DNA from: the human T2T-CHM13v2.0 reference genome, Homo sapiens
Length of the DNA stretch: 64,000 bases
Assembly (NCBI RefSeq): GCF_009914755.1
Contig: NC_060925.1
Reading direction: 5' to 3' (one strand)
Positions 31,301 through 46,160 of this stretch are shown piece after piece. Both the position numbers and the translations under genes were made by a program. The notes under the pieces are model-generated. The model was not told where the DNA came from, did no database searches, and was given only the letters and a program-made list of their open reading frames with translations. The stretch's first letter is position 1, and each line of letters starts with the position of its first letter.

Positions 31301-31447
31301 TGGAGTGGTCTTGCTATAGCCTCCACTTCATAACATTGGGCTTTGAGGCCCATGGACAGAACTTTACATTCATCTTACTGAATTGTGTTTGTTATTAAAA
31401 CCACAAAGATATTTGTAGATCTTGTCTACCATATTACCATCCTTCCC

Positions 31448-31734
31448 TATTTATTTATTTATTTAAGACAGGGTCTTTCTCTGTTGTCCAAGCAGGAATG
31501 CAGTGGTGTCATTATAGCTCACTGCAGCCTTGAGGCTCAAGTGATCCTCCCACCCCAGCCTCCCAAGTAGCTGGAACTACAGGCATGCACCACTACATCT
31601 GGCTAATTTTAATAAAATTTTTGAAGAGATGAGATTTTGCTATATTGCCCAGACTGGTCTCTGGCCTCAAGTGATCCTCCAACCTCAGCCTCCCAAATTG
31701 CTAGGTTTACAGGCATGAGCCACCGTGCCTGGCC
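31448..31734 (-). mobile_element. AluJ
   Basis: Diverged dimer (agacagggtct, gctcaagtgatcctcccacc), (TTTA)n tail. Confidence 0.93.
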
Positions 31735-32349
31735 TTCGCAATGTTAATTCAGCACCAGTATAATAATCATCTCTTCATTATCATCATATATGTCACTGAC
31801 AAAAAGGTAGGAAAACATAAAACAGTAAGAAATATCCATGCTTGTTGCTTTAAACATTTTTAAGTAAACACTGATCTATTAATCACCTGCCTTAGAGTAA
31901 ATTTTTCTGTAAGTTGCAAATATATCTATTACAATACCTTATTCAGAGGCTCAGATGTGCTGTCCCGCTAAGATGTAAGCTCAGTGTCTAGTACAGTGCC
32001 TGGCCCATAGAATATGTCTCATAAATGACTATGAACCACTAGTATTCTCTTAGGCATCCTGTGCTGGTTACTAGTGATCACTATTTCTTTGTCTACTAAG
32101 TACATAAAATCTATTATCTTCAGAGTCTATTCTAAAAGTTTCCCATAACACCCACTTATCTATAGTTTTAGAGTATTAATACTTTTTTCTCCCTCAAAAA
32201 TTGCAACTGTATTTGCCCCCATTTGCTGGTTCTTATTGTACACATGGTGTCTTAGTTAACTACTAATAATATTTCAGCTATTTAATGTGTAGTCTGTCTT
32301 AGGGTACCAAGATTTCATTTATAAAGTCAAGAGAATGTAAATTCATTTA

Positions 32350-32850
32350 GAACAGTCAATTCTGCTCATTTAAATGAATATTTCCAAAGCCTATTCTGTG
32401 CTAGGCTCTGTATTGACACTAGGGATATAAAAGCCAATTTGATATAATCCCTGCCTTCACAAGGCTTCTAGTCCAGGGAGGAAAAATCAGAAGGTTTCAA
32501 CATAATGTATGAAACATATTGGAGACATCCAGAGAGGGTAAGGGGTGACAGCCAAATATTAAGAGGAAATAATACATGGACGTAAGCTTGAGGGATCAAC
32601 AGAAATTCACTGCACCAAGAAGCAAGAGGAATGCATTTTGAGGGGAAAAACAGAATGAACAAAAAGCACAGAGGTGTGAATTTGCATGAAATGTGCAGAG
32701 GCTAGAATGTTCTAGAGTAAAGCATGTTTTAAGTTCAGAGCCACGGGAGATGATGCTGGAGAGCTGGAGCATTGGCCACAGAAGGCCTTGCTCACCATGG
32801 GAAATAGTGTGGACTTATTGGAGATAAATGGAGAGATGTTAGAGGCAGAA
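32350..32850 (-). mobile_element. L2 fragment
   Basis: tgtgctaggctctgtattgacactagggata...ccctgccttcacaaggcttctagtc pattern. Confidence 0.6.
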
Positions 32851-33899
32851 CCATTGTGCACTATGTGATGATGGATTTATTATAAAAAAGTAGAGCCAAT
32901 ACAATTGCAGGAGTCGCTGGGAAAGTGAGCATCCAGGCAGAAGTAGGAGGAACAGAAAGATCATCCACCAAGCACAGTCATTCACCAAAGTGGGATTTCA
33001 AGGGGGAGGTTTAAGGGGTTATCTAAGGAAGCAGGGCTTCTTTGATGTGACTGCTTCAGGGAGTCACCCTCAAATGACTGGTTGTGGTCCTAGGGCAGCT
33101 GTTGGTCCAGGGATCAGTTGGGAAGAGTTGCTGAAGGGAAAGGGGAGGGAGAGTGACGACAGCCTGGAACCTGTTGGCACCTTTAATTCTGTCTGCCTCT
33201 GCATCTAACTACAAAGACTCTCAATGAACAATGGCTGCTGCTTCACTTCTGCCTTCCAAGTCCACAGTCTTGTACACATTCCTCTCTTGCCAACTCTAAC
33301 TCATTACATACAGAGAAGGAGACTCTAAATAAGTGTAGGTTAGTCTAACAGTATAAACTTCCACAGTCAAGAAGAGGGGAAACAGAGATGCATCCAAAAT
33401 ATTCCAGAAGAAAGGCCCAGGGAGAAAGACACTGCTGGTACAACACTACTCACAACTCTCCAGCAAAGCCAGGAATGCTACAGGATTCTTGACGCTTTCT
33501 GCACCATGAAAAACCTCTGATGACTTGCTCAAGCCTCAAAGGGATAAAGTTAACTGATTGGCCAAGCCATGGTCACCCGCCTGTGCTAGCTGCCAGAGAG
33601 AAGAGGAGAGGAAATATCTGCTTCACTTTGGCTTCCATAGAGGGAGACAGGGTTCTTCATTCCTTCTATTTAGGAATTTTCCCTTCAAATAGGAAGGTCG
33701 TTTGGATGCTGCAGAAGAATGACAGTGAAGACAAATATCCATAGTCCCTGGTCAGATTTAAATATTAGAAAAGAAACAATCTCACAAGTGCATAGAGGAT
33801 AGATTTTGCTAAGGCTCTCTCTCCCAATATGTATGAGGGTAGGTTGAAGTAAGAATGCATCTTCACATTTCAACAGCTTAAAAAACAAGAAGGTTCTTC

Positions 33900-34227
33900 T
33901 TTTCTATGTAATAGTCTAGAGTGAGTATTAGAGATGACAGTGAAACTCAGGGACCCAGTCTGTGTCATCTTCAACATGTGGCTTCTAAGGTCATGCTGCA
34001 TGTTCAAATCCCAGGAAGCCAAAGAGAAAATAAAGGAACAGTATGTGTGAAGGGGTTTCATAGGCCAGTCTAAAAAATAGCACATACCACTTCTATAGAT
34101 GTTCCGCTGGAGAGCGCTTGATCACATGGCCTCACTTAATAGCAAAGGGGGCTGGAAAATGTGGCCTGGCTATGTGCTCCCAAGAGAAGAGAATGGATTT
34201 TGGTGGTCAGTTATTGGTTTCTGCCAT
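33900..34227 (-). mobile_element. MLT1 (F/G/H-like) MaLR LTR fragment
   Basis: tcacatggcctcacttaatagcaaagggggctggaaaatgt...ggattttggtggtcagtt...tctgcca. Confidence 0.6.
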
Positions 34228-34282
34228 GTAGTCTATCCATGTGGTTCAGAATTCAAATCCATCTGAGTAGACTTATCTAATC

Positions 34283-34818
<536 letters not shown>

Positions 34819-35206
34819 ATATCAGTTCTACTGTGAATATTGCTCTCCTTTAGAGAGATGGAGCCAAAGTAAAAACTGATGAGCTTTGCTTTCCCTTTGT
34901 CATTCATCAACACTTTACCTTTTGCCCAACCTCTTCCTCCTCTTCTGTTCTTTATCTTTGCATTTCCTCATTTCTCTTCAACTTTTTTTTTTTTTTTTTT
35001 TGGTCTCAAGCTGGGTTATTCCACCATTCCTTTTCCCTACTCATGTTTATTCTCCATGGACCATGGTTCTGTTCATTTCAATGATCAAACAATCCTTTCT
35101 GCATAGCAATTGATTCACACTTGCCTTTCTTTTGCCTCCTTAGCTAAGCAAGGTATCACATGTCTCTTTCTCTTCAGCTGCAAAGATGAAGCCAGAGGCC
35201 CTTTTT

Positions 35207-35710
35207 TGCCATAGTCACAACACCTTCCACAAAGGCCAACTGGACTCATTACTATGACTCTGATCTACGGACAAGAGCCATGTATTTGGTACAAGGTCAC
35301 AAGGAGACAGTTCTCCATGGTTCTCTTCTGTTTCTTCATTGGCAGCCTTTTGTTTCAGACTAACTTTCCAAGGATATTTTTGTAGTGATGTCTCCTTGAG
35401 GACAAAGGTTGGGTAGGTTTGCTTGCAACCCACTCTTAGGATTAAAGTTTCTTAAGCTCAGTGTGCTTCTCCTGTAGCACAATCCACAGCGTAGACAGGT
35501 GTCTGTCTCTTAGCCCTTGTCACATGGCACTGTGGGCAATGGGGCTTGGAAACTGGCATAAATGATAATTATTTGGTTACTGCTATGGCTGTAAGTAATA
35601 AACTGTTTTTTGGCATCTTCATTCTTCTGCCAGCATCCATGAATCGGTGGCAGGCTAACTTGATAGCTTGTGGGCAGGGTGAAAGCTCAGAGCCTTCACC
35701 GTTCTTGGCA
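35207..35710 (+). mobile_element. ERV1 solo LTR (MER67/MER31-like)
   Basis: aataaa followed by the terminal motif ggcaggctaacttgatagcttg...cagagccttcaccgttcttggca. Confidence 0.65.
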
Positions 35711-35859
35711 CACTGTACCTCCACCAAAATAAAAAAAAAAAAACTTTTTTACTGAGTAGTAAGTCATCTCTGGAAATTAAACTATGGCATATCAGAACAT
35801 GAAACTTTATAGAGCTATGCAAGGTTTTCTTTAAAGGGAGTGGTTAATTAAGGTTGTGA

Positions 35860-36221
<362 letters not shown>

Positions 36222-37728
36222 TCAAGAATGTAATTGTTAAGGGTGATCTAACAGAGATAACTTTCAATTCCCTCTACTTTAAATAAAAAGTAAATTATTT
36301 CCAAATTCAATGCTCTATTGTAAGTAACAATTTACTTACAATATCCCTCTCAATCACAACTCCAAAGTCAAAAACTGATACAGAATACGTTTGGTCAATT
36401 GGGTTCAGCTTTGAACAGGCATTGCACTAACAGAAAGAGAATTCTGTTTGTCCTAAAAGCAATAAGATGTGGACAAGATGAAGCAACTCAGACCCCCTTC
36501 AGCTGATCTGTTGATGGATACTAACCTACTATCCATGTAAAGAACTACTGTGTTTAGCACTAGGATAGAAAGTAGGGGAAAATGATGCGGGAATTCTATC
36601 AAGGAACTGATGACTAGAGAAACAAAAAGCACCTAATATCAGGAAGTGGAATCAACCCAAAGTCCTGTAAGTTTTACTTGAATTCACTCGTGAGTATGTG
36701 AAGGAGAGAGGGCTGGTGGGATTTGGAGAGATATTTTGACACTAGATGAAGACAGATTAGAGCTACCTGGGGTTAAAGGCCAAGTGTGCTGAAGGAACTG
36801 AGTTTTGAAGCAATGTTCACAGGGCAATGGAAAGACATACATTTTAAAGGGAAAGCTGATGGCATTTCAGGCAGTTCCATCCTTGATCGGTGGCACAAAG
36901 GTGAAAATGAAAAAAAGAAGCAATACAGTCTACAGAAAGACAACTAGGTGGAGGGAAAGGTGACCTGGCCTAAGCCCAGCTCTGTCAGTAACTAGCCATG
37001 GGATCCAGCCTATCTCAACCTGTCTTTAGATGAAAATAAGGGATGAATGATATGGTCTTTCAAAAAAGGTGTTGGGGGGGCCGTAATTATGTATTTTTTT
37101 CGGGGGGGAAGAAGCAAGTTAACATGACAAACCACAGTGTTAATATAGAGTTATAATGACAATTAGACTGGGAAGATGGGCTGAGCAATTGGCAGTAGGT
37201 GAAGATACTTTTATCGGATTTAAGGATCAATAGGAAGTCACTGCTGGTCCTTGAGCAAAAATGACAAGATTAAAATATCTGTGAAATAATTTTTGTTTAA
37301 ATTGCTCAAGAGAACTTTTGAAATAACTATATTCAATCGCAAATTGTTTTTTCAAGGGACTTGTCAAAGTGACATTTTCATCTACCCAAATAAGGGTGAT
37401 GATAATTAAAATATCAACTAAATTGTTTCTCTGTTAACTGTTGAATGATTGGGAGTATTAATTGCCTGGATGGTAGAAAAGAAATGTTTGAGACATGAAG
37501 TTAATAATAGATGAATCTTTTGTATTATTTTGTATATATAGGGCCTTTTTTTTTTTTGATCTGTGAGAGTGTTGTTGCTTGCTACAGACTTCTTCATAGG
37601 AACTGGTTCGCATTGCTCTGATTATGGTTCACAAGCCAAAATTTAACCCTATATTAAAGTTTACATGTGTATAGCCATATAGAAAACTAACTGCGTTTTC
37701 TCCTTCTATTCTGTTGTCTCATTTTCAG

Positions 37729-38846
37729 CCTTGTATCTTATCACAGATGAGTACCTCCAGGAGGATATCAGTAACTTCGGGAGACGTTCTCGTTTCTCTT
37801 ACTGTCATGAGCCAGCTTGTCTGGGGGTCTAGAAGCACAATGTGACATGGTACCCTTTGACAGCTTATCTAATGCCTTGGATAGAACCAGAAAGGGCTAG
37901 TAACGGCCCTTTGTTTGACCCCCGGTCAAACAGCATCTTACTTTTCACATTAAACTTTATTTCTTATCCTATTTTCGAGATGATGATAATCAACATAGGC
38001 TTTTCCATATTTGAGACAAATATCTGAATACTCATTTGAGGACACAGGAAAAGAAGGTTAAAGAGAAGGTTTAAAGAAAGGGTTTCCATGTGCAGGTAAG
38101 TGAGGATTGTTCCAGTAGCAAAGATATTTGTAAGCCTCCTATCAAAAGAAACTTCCTCCAACCTCTCAAAGCTCATATTCAAATTGTTTACTTAAAAGAA
38201 AATATAAATAGCTCTAATTTCAGATTGCCCGCATGTTCTTTCCAAGGATATAGAGCTCAATTTAGTGTAAATTATAGATTAAAAGTTGCTTCAAAGCTGC
38301 TGATATCTGGTGGGATATTCTGGACTAGAGATTTATCCTTAACAATGATTATTTGTTAAATCAAAATGGCAACTCGGATTTTTCTGCAGCCTAAATTGCA
38401 TACATAGTTTGGAAGATTAGGAGGAGATGGTGAGTACGATCAAAGGAAGTGAGGAAAACAAAGCAACAGATATCATTGTCGACATTTTCCCTCCAAAAAC
38501 AGGTAAGATTTTTCTTCATTTCCCTCAGGCCCAACTCAGCCCCTAAAGTGAGCCATTTGAAAAGCTACAGGTGGAGCTAATATTCTCCTCAAGGTAACAT
38601 TCTGAGTAACAGATTTTTCTATTGGAAAAACACATTTTACTTTTTACCAATCTGAAAACTTGGTCTGATATAAGAAGTGGGTGGGATTAGTTTTCTATTT
38701 TTTCCTTCATAACGTTTTCTGGTTAGGCCTTCCTTCTGGCCATTTCGTCTCTTCTTTACAGAGCAATGCGATTTTTGTTTTATCATCCTATAGGTAAAAC
38801 ATAAACACAACTAGAAACAAAAATAGCTTTTGGGAATGGAAAACAG
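37729..38846 (+). other. Cluster of candidate non-coding exons (37729-38095, 38390-38502, 38762-38846)
   Basis: CTAAC branch point, polypyrimidine tract and CAG at 37728; three CAG|GTAAG donors; no long ORF; transcription unverified. Confidence 0.35.
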
Positions 38847-39685
38847 GTAAGCCTGAGTGGCTTAGATTCAGAATGACACACAGATTCTTCCTTTTAACGG
38901 CCCTTAGTGTCTGGGAAGTGATCAGCCCTGGGTGAATAGAATTAAGACAATAGGATAATGAAGTCTCGAAACCATTCCTTCCAAAAAATGTATTAAGTCA
39001 CTATTAAGAGCGTGGCACTTTATGCACATTCTCAGTTACCCCCAAGAGAAGGTAGCATTATGCTCTCATTTTATAGTTGTAGAAGTCTCAGAGAAGTTAA
39101 ATAATTTGCATCAGAGCTTTCATCCATTCTTTTAGCAAATATTGAGGACATGCAATGTATTGAAGATTATAATGGCTTCAGGTATGCAACAATGAACAAA
39201 GAGTTAAAACCCATGACCTCATGGAATGTGCATTCTGGAGAGGGAGACAGATAATAAAGAAATATACTTATAATGAGACTGAAAAAGACTATAAAGTAAG
39301 AGAAAACAGGAAAGGGGTCTGGGAAGTAATAGGATTATAGAATTGCGGACACAATGGTCACTGAAAGCCTCTTTCAGAAGTTGCCATATTGCAGAGACAC
39401 CCCCCCACCCAAAAAAATACAAAAATAAAAAAAATACAGCATGCTGACATCTGTGGGAAAAGACAGATCAACAAGTGGAAAGGCCCAGAGTCAGAGAGTC
39501 CTTGCCTTGTTTGAGGAATAGCAAGACGGCCATGTGATGGAGAGGAATGAGGAAGGAGGAGGATAATTATAGATGTAGCATTGCAGCCAGAGCCTTGACC
39601 ATGTGGGACTTTGAATGCCATGGAGAGAGCTTGGGATTTTATTTTATATGGCATGAAGCCTTTGGAGGGTTTTGAACAAAATTAT

Positions 39686-40086
39686 AATTATGGTCTGAAT
39701 GAGTATCACAAAATTGATATGTTGAAATTTAATCCCTAATGCAACAATATTAAGCAAGGTGGCCTTTGGGAGGTGATCAGGTCATGAGTGCTCCAACCTC
39801 ATGAATGGATTAATGCTCTCTTAAAAGGGGTGGAGGGAACTAGCTAGGCCCCCTTTTGCCCTTCTGTCCTTTATGCCATGTGAGGACACAGTGTTCATGC
39901 CCTCTGGAGGATGCAGCAACAAGGCACCACCTCGGAAGTAGAGACTGGTCCCTAACCAGACATCAAATGCTGGCACCTTGATCTTGGACTTCCAGCCTCC
40001 AAAACTATGAGAAATAAATTTCCGTTTTTTTCATAAATTACCCAGTCTCAGGTATTTTGTTACAGGAGCACAAATGAACTAAGACA
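39686..40086 (+). mobile_element. MSTD-like MaLR solo LTR
   Basis: tatggtctgaat...gggaggtgatcaggtcatgag...ggacttccagcctccaaaactatgagaaataaa...actaagaca. Confidence 0.88.
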
Positions 40087-40957
40087 ATGATATAATATTT
40101 ACATAACTTAAAAAAATCATCATGACTTTCATGTGGAAAATAGACTGATAAGAGAGGGGAATGGAGGTAGAGCCTAAGCAGAGAGTACTGCAGTATTGCA
40201 TGTAAGAAATGCTCACCACTCTGATGAGGGTAGCTGTGGAAGATGTGGTGAGACAACATTGAGTGCTGGGCATAGACTGAAGTAGATCTTACAGTATTTA
40301 ATGACAGACTTGATAATGATTGTAGGTGGAACTGAGAGAAAGAGGTAATTCGATGATAAAAACCAGGTTTCTGGATTAGCTGGATGTGTAAAGGTACAGT
40401 TTACAGCTATGAGGTTCATTGGAGGTAAGGGTTCAAGAATTTGCTTTGAGGATTTGTTAAATTTAAGTTTTCCATTAAATATATCAGTAAAAATGCCAAC
40501 CAAGGAGTTGGTGTTCAGCAAAGAAGGCTGGGCTAGAGATAAAAATCTGGGAGACCTCTATGAGATTGGGTGTGAGGGTAGAGCAAAGAAAGAAAAGAAG
40601 AGGAGGCCTGAAGAACAGAAGAGGAGGACTACTTCCTGGGACACTCTAAAATCTAGAACTAGGAAGAGGATGTGGACCCACAAAAGAGACTGAGCAGAAG
40701 AAATTTGGAGGTAGGACGAAAATGGATAGAATATATAGGTTCTAAAAACTAAGTAAATAAAATGTTCCCAGAACAGTGGTAACCAACCCTGTTAATTAAT
40801 ACTGACAAATGTGATAAGATGAGTACTGGGAACTGGCCATTAGATTTGGCACCATGGAAGTCAATGGAGCCATGATCTAGAATTGACAAGGTTGGTTTCC
40901 CATGGAGTGTTAGGAATGAGACCTGATTGGAAAAGGTTCAAGAAAAAGTGAGATGCC

Positions 40958-41027
40958 TGAATCCAAACAACCATTTTGAATCCAGACAACCATTTTGAGT
41001 GTCTGAATCCAGACAACCATTTTGAGT
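40958..41027. repeat. Three copies of a 19-bp unit tgaatcca(a/g)acaaccattt
   Basis: Units at 40958, 40977 and 41004. Confidence 0.9.
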
Positions 41028-41105
41028 TTTGCCATAAAAGGGAAAGGAGATGAGAGAGAAAAGGGATCAGAACCAGAAGGGATTATAAAGTCAAGGGAGA
41101 GTTGA

Positions 41106-41472
<367 letters not shown>

Positions 41473-41474
41473 TA

Positions 41475-42151
41475 TGTTGGTTTTAAGCTACAACTTTTCA
41501 GTCCAAATCCACCCTTCTCAACTCTGCTTTTTAAATTCTGAGGACTAAGACTCTACAAACATATTTTTCTGTTTCTGACTGGCTCTCTGTAAGTTCTGCC
41601 ATTAGGGAACTCTAGGAAGAGTCTGGGAGACTGGAATAAAGGGAAATGTCCATGCTCCTTCCTGTTTCCATAATTCCCATCAGTAGCTCCCCAGCAATGC
41701 TTCTTCATGCTGATAATAGTGGCTCCTGCGAGCAGCAGTTGGTTCCAATTTCTGTGGTTATTTCTTTCCTCTACTGCTAAAACCATCAGCATTGGCCCCC
41801 TTACCAATATCCAAACCATCAAGGTGGCACTCTCTTCTCTGTATTCTGAGTCCCGGCTTTGCAGGCTCCTCCTCTGAGCCCCCGAGGCACTGGAATCAGC
41901 ACAGCACAGCAGTCCCCATCTTCAGAAGTCTCCATGAAGGCCCCTCTTACAAGCTTCTAGGTTCAAAAACCCCCAACCTCTTCCCTGGGTTCTCCTAGCC
42001 CTTGGGGTTACAGCTGCTTCCTGCGGTTTTGTTTTCTCAGTGTTCCCTTTTAGTCTTTCCATCTTTCAATAATTATTTAACAGCTTTCCTAAAATAAATT
42101 CTATCTATCAAAATAACTTAATGGTCATGTTTTCTTGACTGAACACCGACA
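41475..42151 (+). mobile_element. LTR33-like ERVL LTR
   Basis: tgttggttttaagctac...tccaaatccacccttctcaactctgc...ttctgccattagggaactctag...aataaattc. Confidence 0.75.
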
Positions 42152-43703
42152 TGGAGTCAGAATCAGGATTTCAATCCAGGACTGCTAAGGATCAAAGCCC
42201 ACACCCTCCTCGTGAGGCCGTGCTGTGTATCCTGCAAAACTGTTTAACTTTGAGCCTTTCAAAAACGTTGTAATAAAAGTATAAATGAGGACTTACTCTC
42301 CATAAAACTAAAGAGTCTTTTTGATACATGTATTGATAGTATTTTGGTCTCTTTTCTTGCCCCTGTCTTCCACCACCTCCCCTTACCCCCACCTGAACTT
42401 TTTTGATCTCCAAACCTTCTATTAAAATGTCATTTCCTCCTAGTGTTTGCTTTCTCTGGCCACACTTCTCTTACTGTCCCCATCGTTCTTGGCAATTCAG
42501 GTCCTTGATTCTATACCCCAGGCTCCGTGATTGGCCTGCTGGGTGGAGAGGGCTGGTGTCCTTCTCAATTTAGGAAACCCGCACCCTGATCTGCAATTCA
42601 CATTGTTGGCAAAGAGCACAAGACTGGGTGTTGGAAGCTTACAATCAAATCCTGCTTTGCAGTAGATTCAGTCACATGTGGAATTAACACCATTCTTCTG
42701 GCCTCAGTTTCCTCAGCTGTAAAGTGAGGAGGTCATAGGAGATAATCTCTGGGACCCTTCTAGCATCAACATGTTGCTAGATCAAAATCCTTAAATACAT
42801 GAGGCTTCCATAATTCTTCCTCTGTTTCAGCTCTCTTCTTGATCCTGGGCTTTACAGCTAATGGACTGTTAGTCGATCTCCTAAAATAATATAAAATTCT
42901 ATTGAATTGGTAACAGTTCTTTGATTTGCCCTAAAGCTTCTGCAGCCCTTAGAAACCTCGCAATCTATTTTTTTTTTTTTTTCATTCCTACCTTGGCTCC
43001 TTTACGAGAAGTCTTTAAATTGTATCTTTAGCTGACTGAACTCTAATTACTTTCCTTCTTTTCTTCATCGTCACTTAACCTTCTTCACTCTTGGTTTCTC
43101 TTTTTAACTCATCCAGTGCTCTTCTTTAAAGAACCACTCTTTTTCTTCCTTGATTTTATACTCACCCCCACACACATTACAGAGGTCTCTTCAAAGACCT
43201 AGAGAATGTGGTTGTTAATTCATGTAGTGCTACTGAGATTTCCTTTAAAAAAAAAAAAAAAAAAAAAGCCTAATGAGGCCTTCTGCGAATGCATGTGAGG
43301 CAGCTAAAAAGTGCCCAGACCAAAAGCCAGAAGAAAGGGATCAAAATTCCAGCTCCTTCACTTATTAAGTAGCTGCAAGGTCCTGAAAAAATGGCTTACC
43401 ATTCTTGAACTAGAGTTTTTTGAAGATACAATATCACCATAGTCATTTATTCAAGCAACATGTGTGAGATAACGTTATATGAAAAGGTATTCGGTAGGCC
43501 CTCTGTAATATTAGTTAAAATCTTCATCCTCTCCTTAACATGTTACTTTGCTTGTGCTCTTATATGTCACGTAATCTCTGACCTCCATTTCTTTGTAAAC
43601 GATGTTCCTTTCTGTTTCATTTCACCATGCTTTCTGTCTTCTCCCCCTCCTTAGTTCTCCCTCCTCCCCTTCTTCCACAATTTTGCACCCCAATACTCAT
43701 TCC

Positions 43704-44012
43704 TTTTTTTTCTTTTTTATTTTCCTTGAGACAGAGTCTTGCGTTGTCACCCAGGCTGGAGCACAGTGGAGCAATCACGGCTCACTGCAGCCTTGAACCA
43801 CCAAGTTCAACCCATCCTCGCCCCTCAGCCTCTTGAGTAGCTGGGACCATAGGCACGTGCCACTACACCTGGCTAATTTTTTTTAACTTTTTGTAGAGCT
43901 GGGGTTCTCACCGTGTTGCCGAGGTTAGTCTCAAATTCCTGGCCTCAAGCAATCCTCCAACCTCAGCCTCCCAAAGCGCTGGGATTACAGGCCTGAGCTA
44001 GGGCACTCGGCC
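43704..44012 (-). mobile_element. AluJ
   Basis: Diverged dimer (gctcactgcagccttgaac, ctcaagcaatcctcc). Confidence 0.93.
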
Positions 44013-46160
44013 TCAATTCTGCTCTTTAAGAATCAACATATCTCTGGAAATGTATTCCCTTTGTCCTCCCATCCTCAGCAGGCAAAGTGGCTCCCCTCTG
44101 ATTCTCTCCCAGCTCTTAAGAGATGCCTGTTCTTCCTATCTCTGTGTCTGACACTATTCACACAGTATTGCAATTGTTGGTTTACTCATTAGTCAACTCA
44201 TTTCCTTGTGGGCATACACTGATTTATCTTTGTGTCCTCAAAAATCTAGCATAGCACATATTAGACCATCAATAAATGCTAAATAAAGAAAATAAATATT
44301 TCTCCTGAGTTCATAATTTTAGCCTCAGTATTTTGTTTCCTTCTTCTTTAAGGATTCTTTTTCAGCACTCAGGACCAAAACTTTAGGGGCCTTCTTGAGA
44401 AACTCAGCCAAGAAAGAAACAGCAAGGAAGAATATGTATCACTGCATCTCATTAAGTAGAAAATATCCTAAGGGGAATATAACAGAGAAATAACTGTATT
44501 ATAAAAGCAAAGAGGAGACCTCAAAAGAAGCTTTTCTTATTATTGTTATTATAATTAATGGAAAGAAATTTGGCAGGATCCACCAATTTTAAGGGACAAG
44601 GGATGTCGTGGGAGCACTATTAGCAGTGGAGCCTCACCTCTGTTTCCATCATACTGTTCAGCCAGTCTGTAAAAGTACATCAAATATACATAGGCATCAT
44701 AGAGATGGGGAACCAACTCGCAGTTAATGAATTCTGAAGGAAAACCTGGAAGTGTGATAAAAGGGTAGTAGATTTAATCTTGAAATCCAGAGAGGGAGCA
44801 GTATGTCTTTCTTTTTCTCTTTTACATAGAAGATAGAACATTCCCAAATCTCTGAATTTTCGGTTATTCTCCTTTAGTGATTAAAAAACAATCACTTTAT
44901 TCAGAAGGCATTTTCAACTATGTGCACACACGTATGTACCAGGTACTCTCAGAACCACTGTGTAAGAGGTCTTCATGCTGGGCCGAAGATACAACTTTGC
45001 TGTGGGCTGGAAAGAGAAACAAAATCAAGTACGAGAAGAACCCAGGCGGATTCACACACACCACAAAACTATCCCACGTGGTCAGCAAGCCTGTCGGCTG
45101 CCCTGAGAAGTTTTGCAGCATATGAAAGCTGTCCCATGTCCCAGATGAAGGATGGCAAGTCTTGCCCAGTATGGCCAGGTTATACAAAATAGACCCAGTG
45201 AAAGGAAAATGTCATTGAAATCTACTTCAGGCATAAATTGAAATGCTTGTGTCTTGACCGGCCAGAAGGTATTTTACTTTGAGAGGTCTCACACCAGCCT
45301 TTGCAGCCTCTCCACACCACCCCATGCTCCAGCCCCCACTGACTTCATGCCATTCTCTCAACACACCTGACCCATCCAGGATTCTGATTCGCTGGCCTAG
45401 TTTGTCTTTTCCCACTTTCTTTCTCTACCTCCAATATCAGTTTCCACTGATTCCCTCAGGCTCTCATAAAATTCTCAACACAATCACCATGTTGTTTACC
45501 ATATTTATGGAAATTACATGTTTACGAGCTTGCCTCACCCACTAGGCATAGACATCTTAAAATAGTAATCATGTTGTTTCAGTTTGGTAACTTGGCTCTT
45601 AGCACATTTAATGAAACATAGTAGGGTTTCATTAAATGTTTACCGAATAAATGAATTTTACTTAGTTATACTTTGTTTCTTCAAATATAAAATGTAGAGC
45701 TGGAACTCTATTGTCTACAAAGCAGTGTGGCTCTGATATGCTAGAATTCTGCAAAATTATTTCAATAGTCATGGAGACAAAGAATTTAGGGTTTATAGAC
45801 CAAAAAGACACAAATATTTACTGAATACAAGCTGTTTAACTGATAAAATAGGACCACTGCTTGCCTCTGTTCCACAGTTCTGCTTCTTGAGACATTCCAT
45901 GAGGGAATTTTCTCTGGGAACTCCTGACTTCACTCAGGATTGCATCTCTCTCATGGGATATCTCAACCAAAAACTAACCTGCAGCTGGCTGCTCCTTAGA
46001 AAACAGTAGACACAAGTGGGTCCTGGCATGTGAAATCTGGCCTGGTTAGGTATGTGGCCCAGACCCCTAAGCCATGTCAGCATCATGGTATCGCAGTGCT
46101 ATGTGAATGGGTAGTACAGACAGAATTGAGGGCCAGGTCAGAAAAGGACTTTGATGTCAA

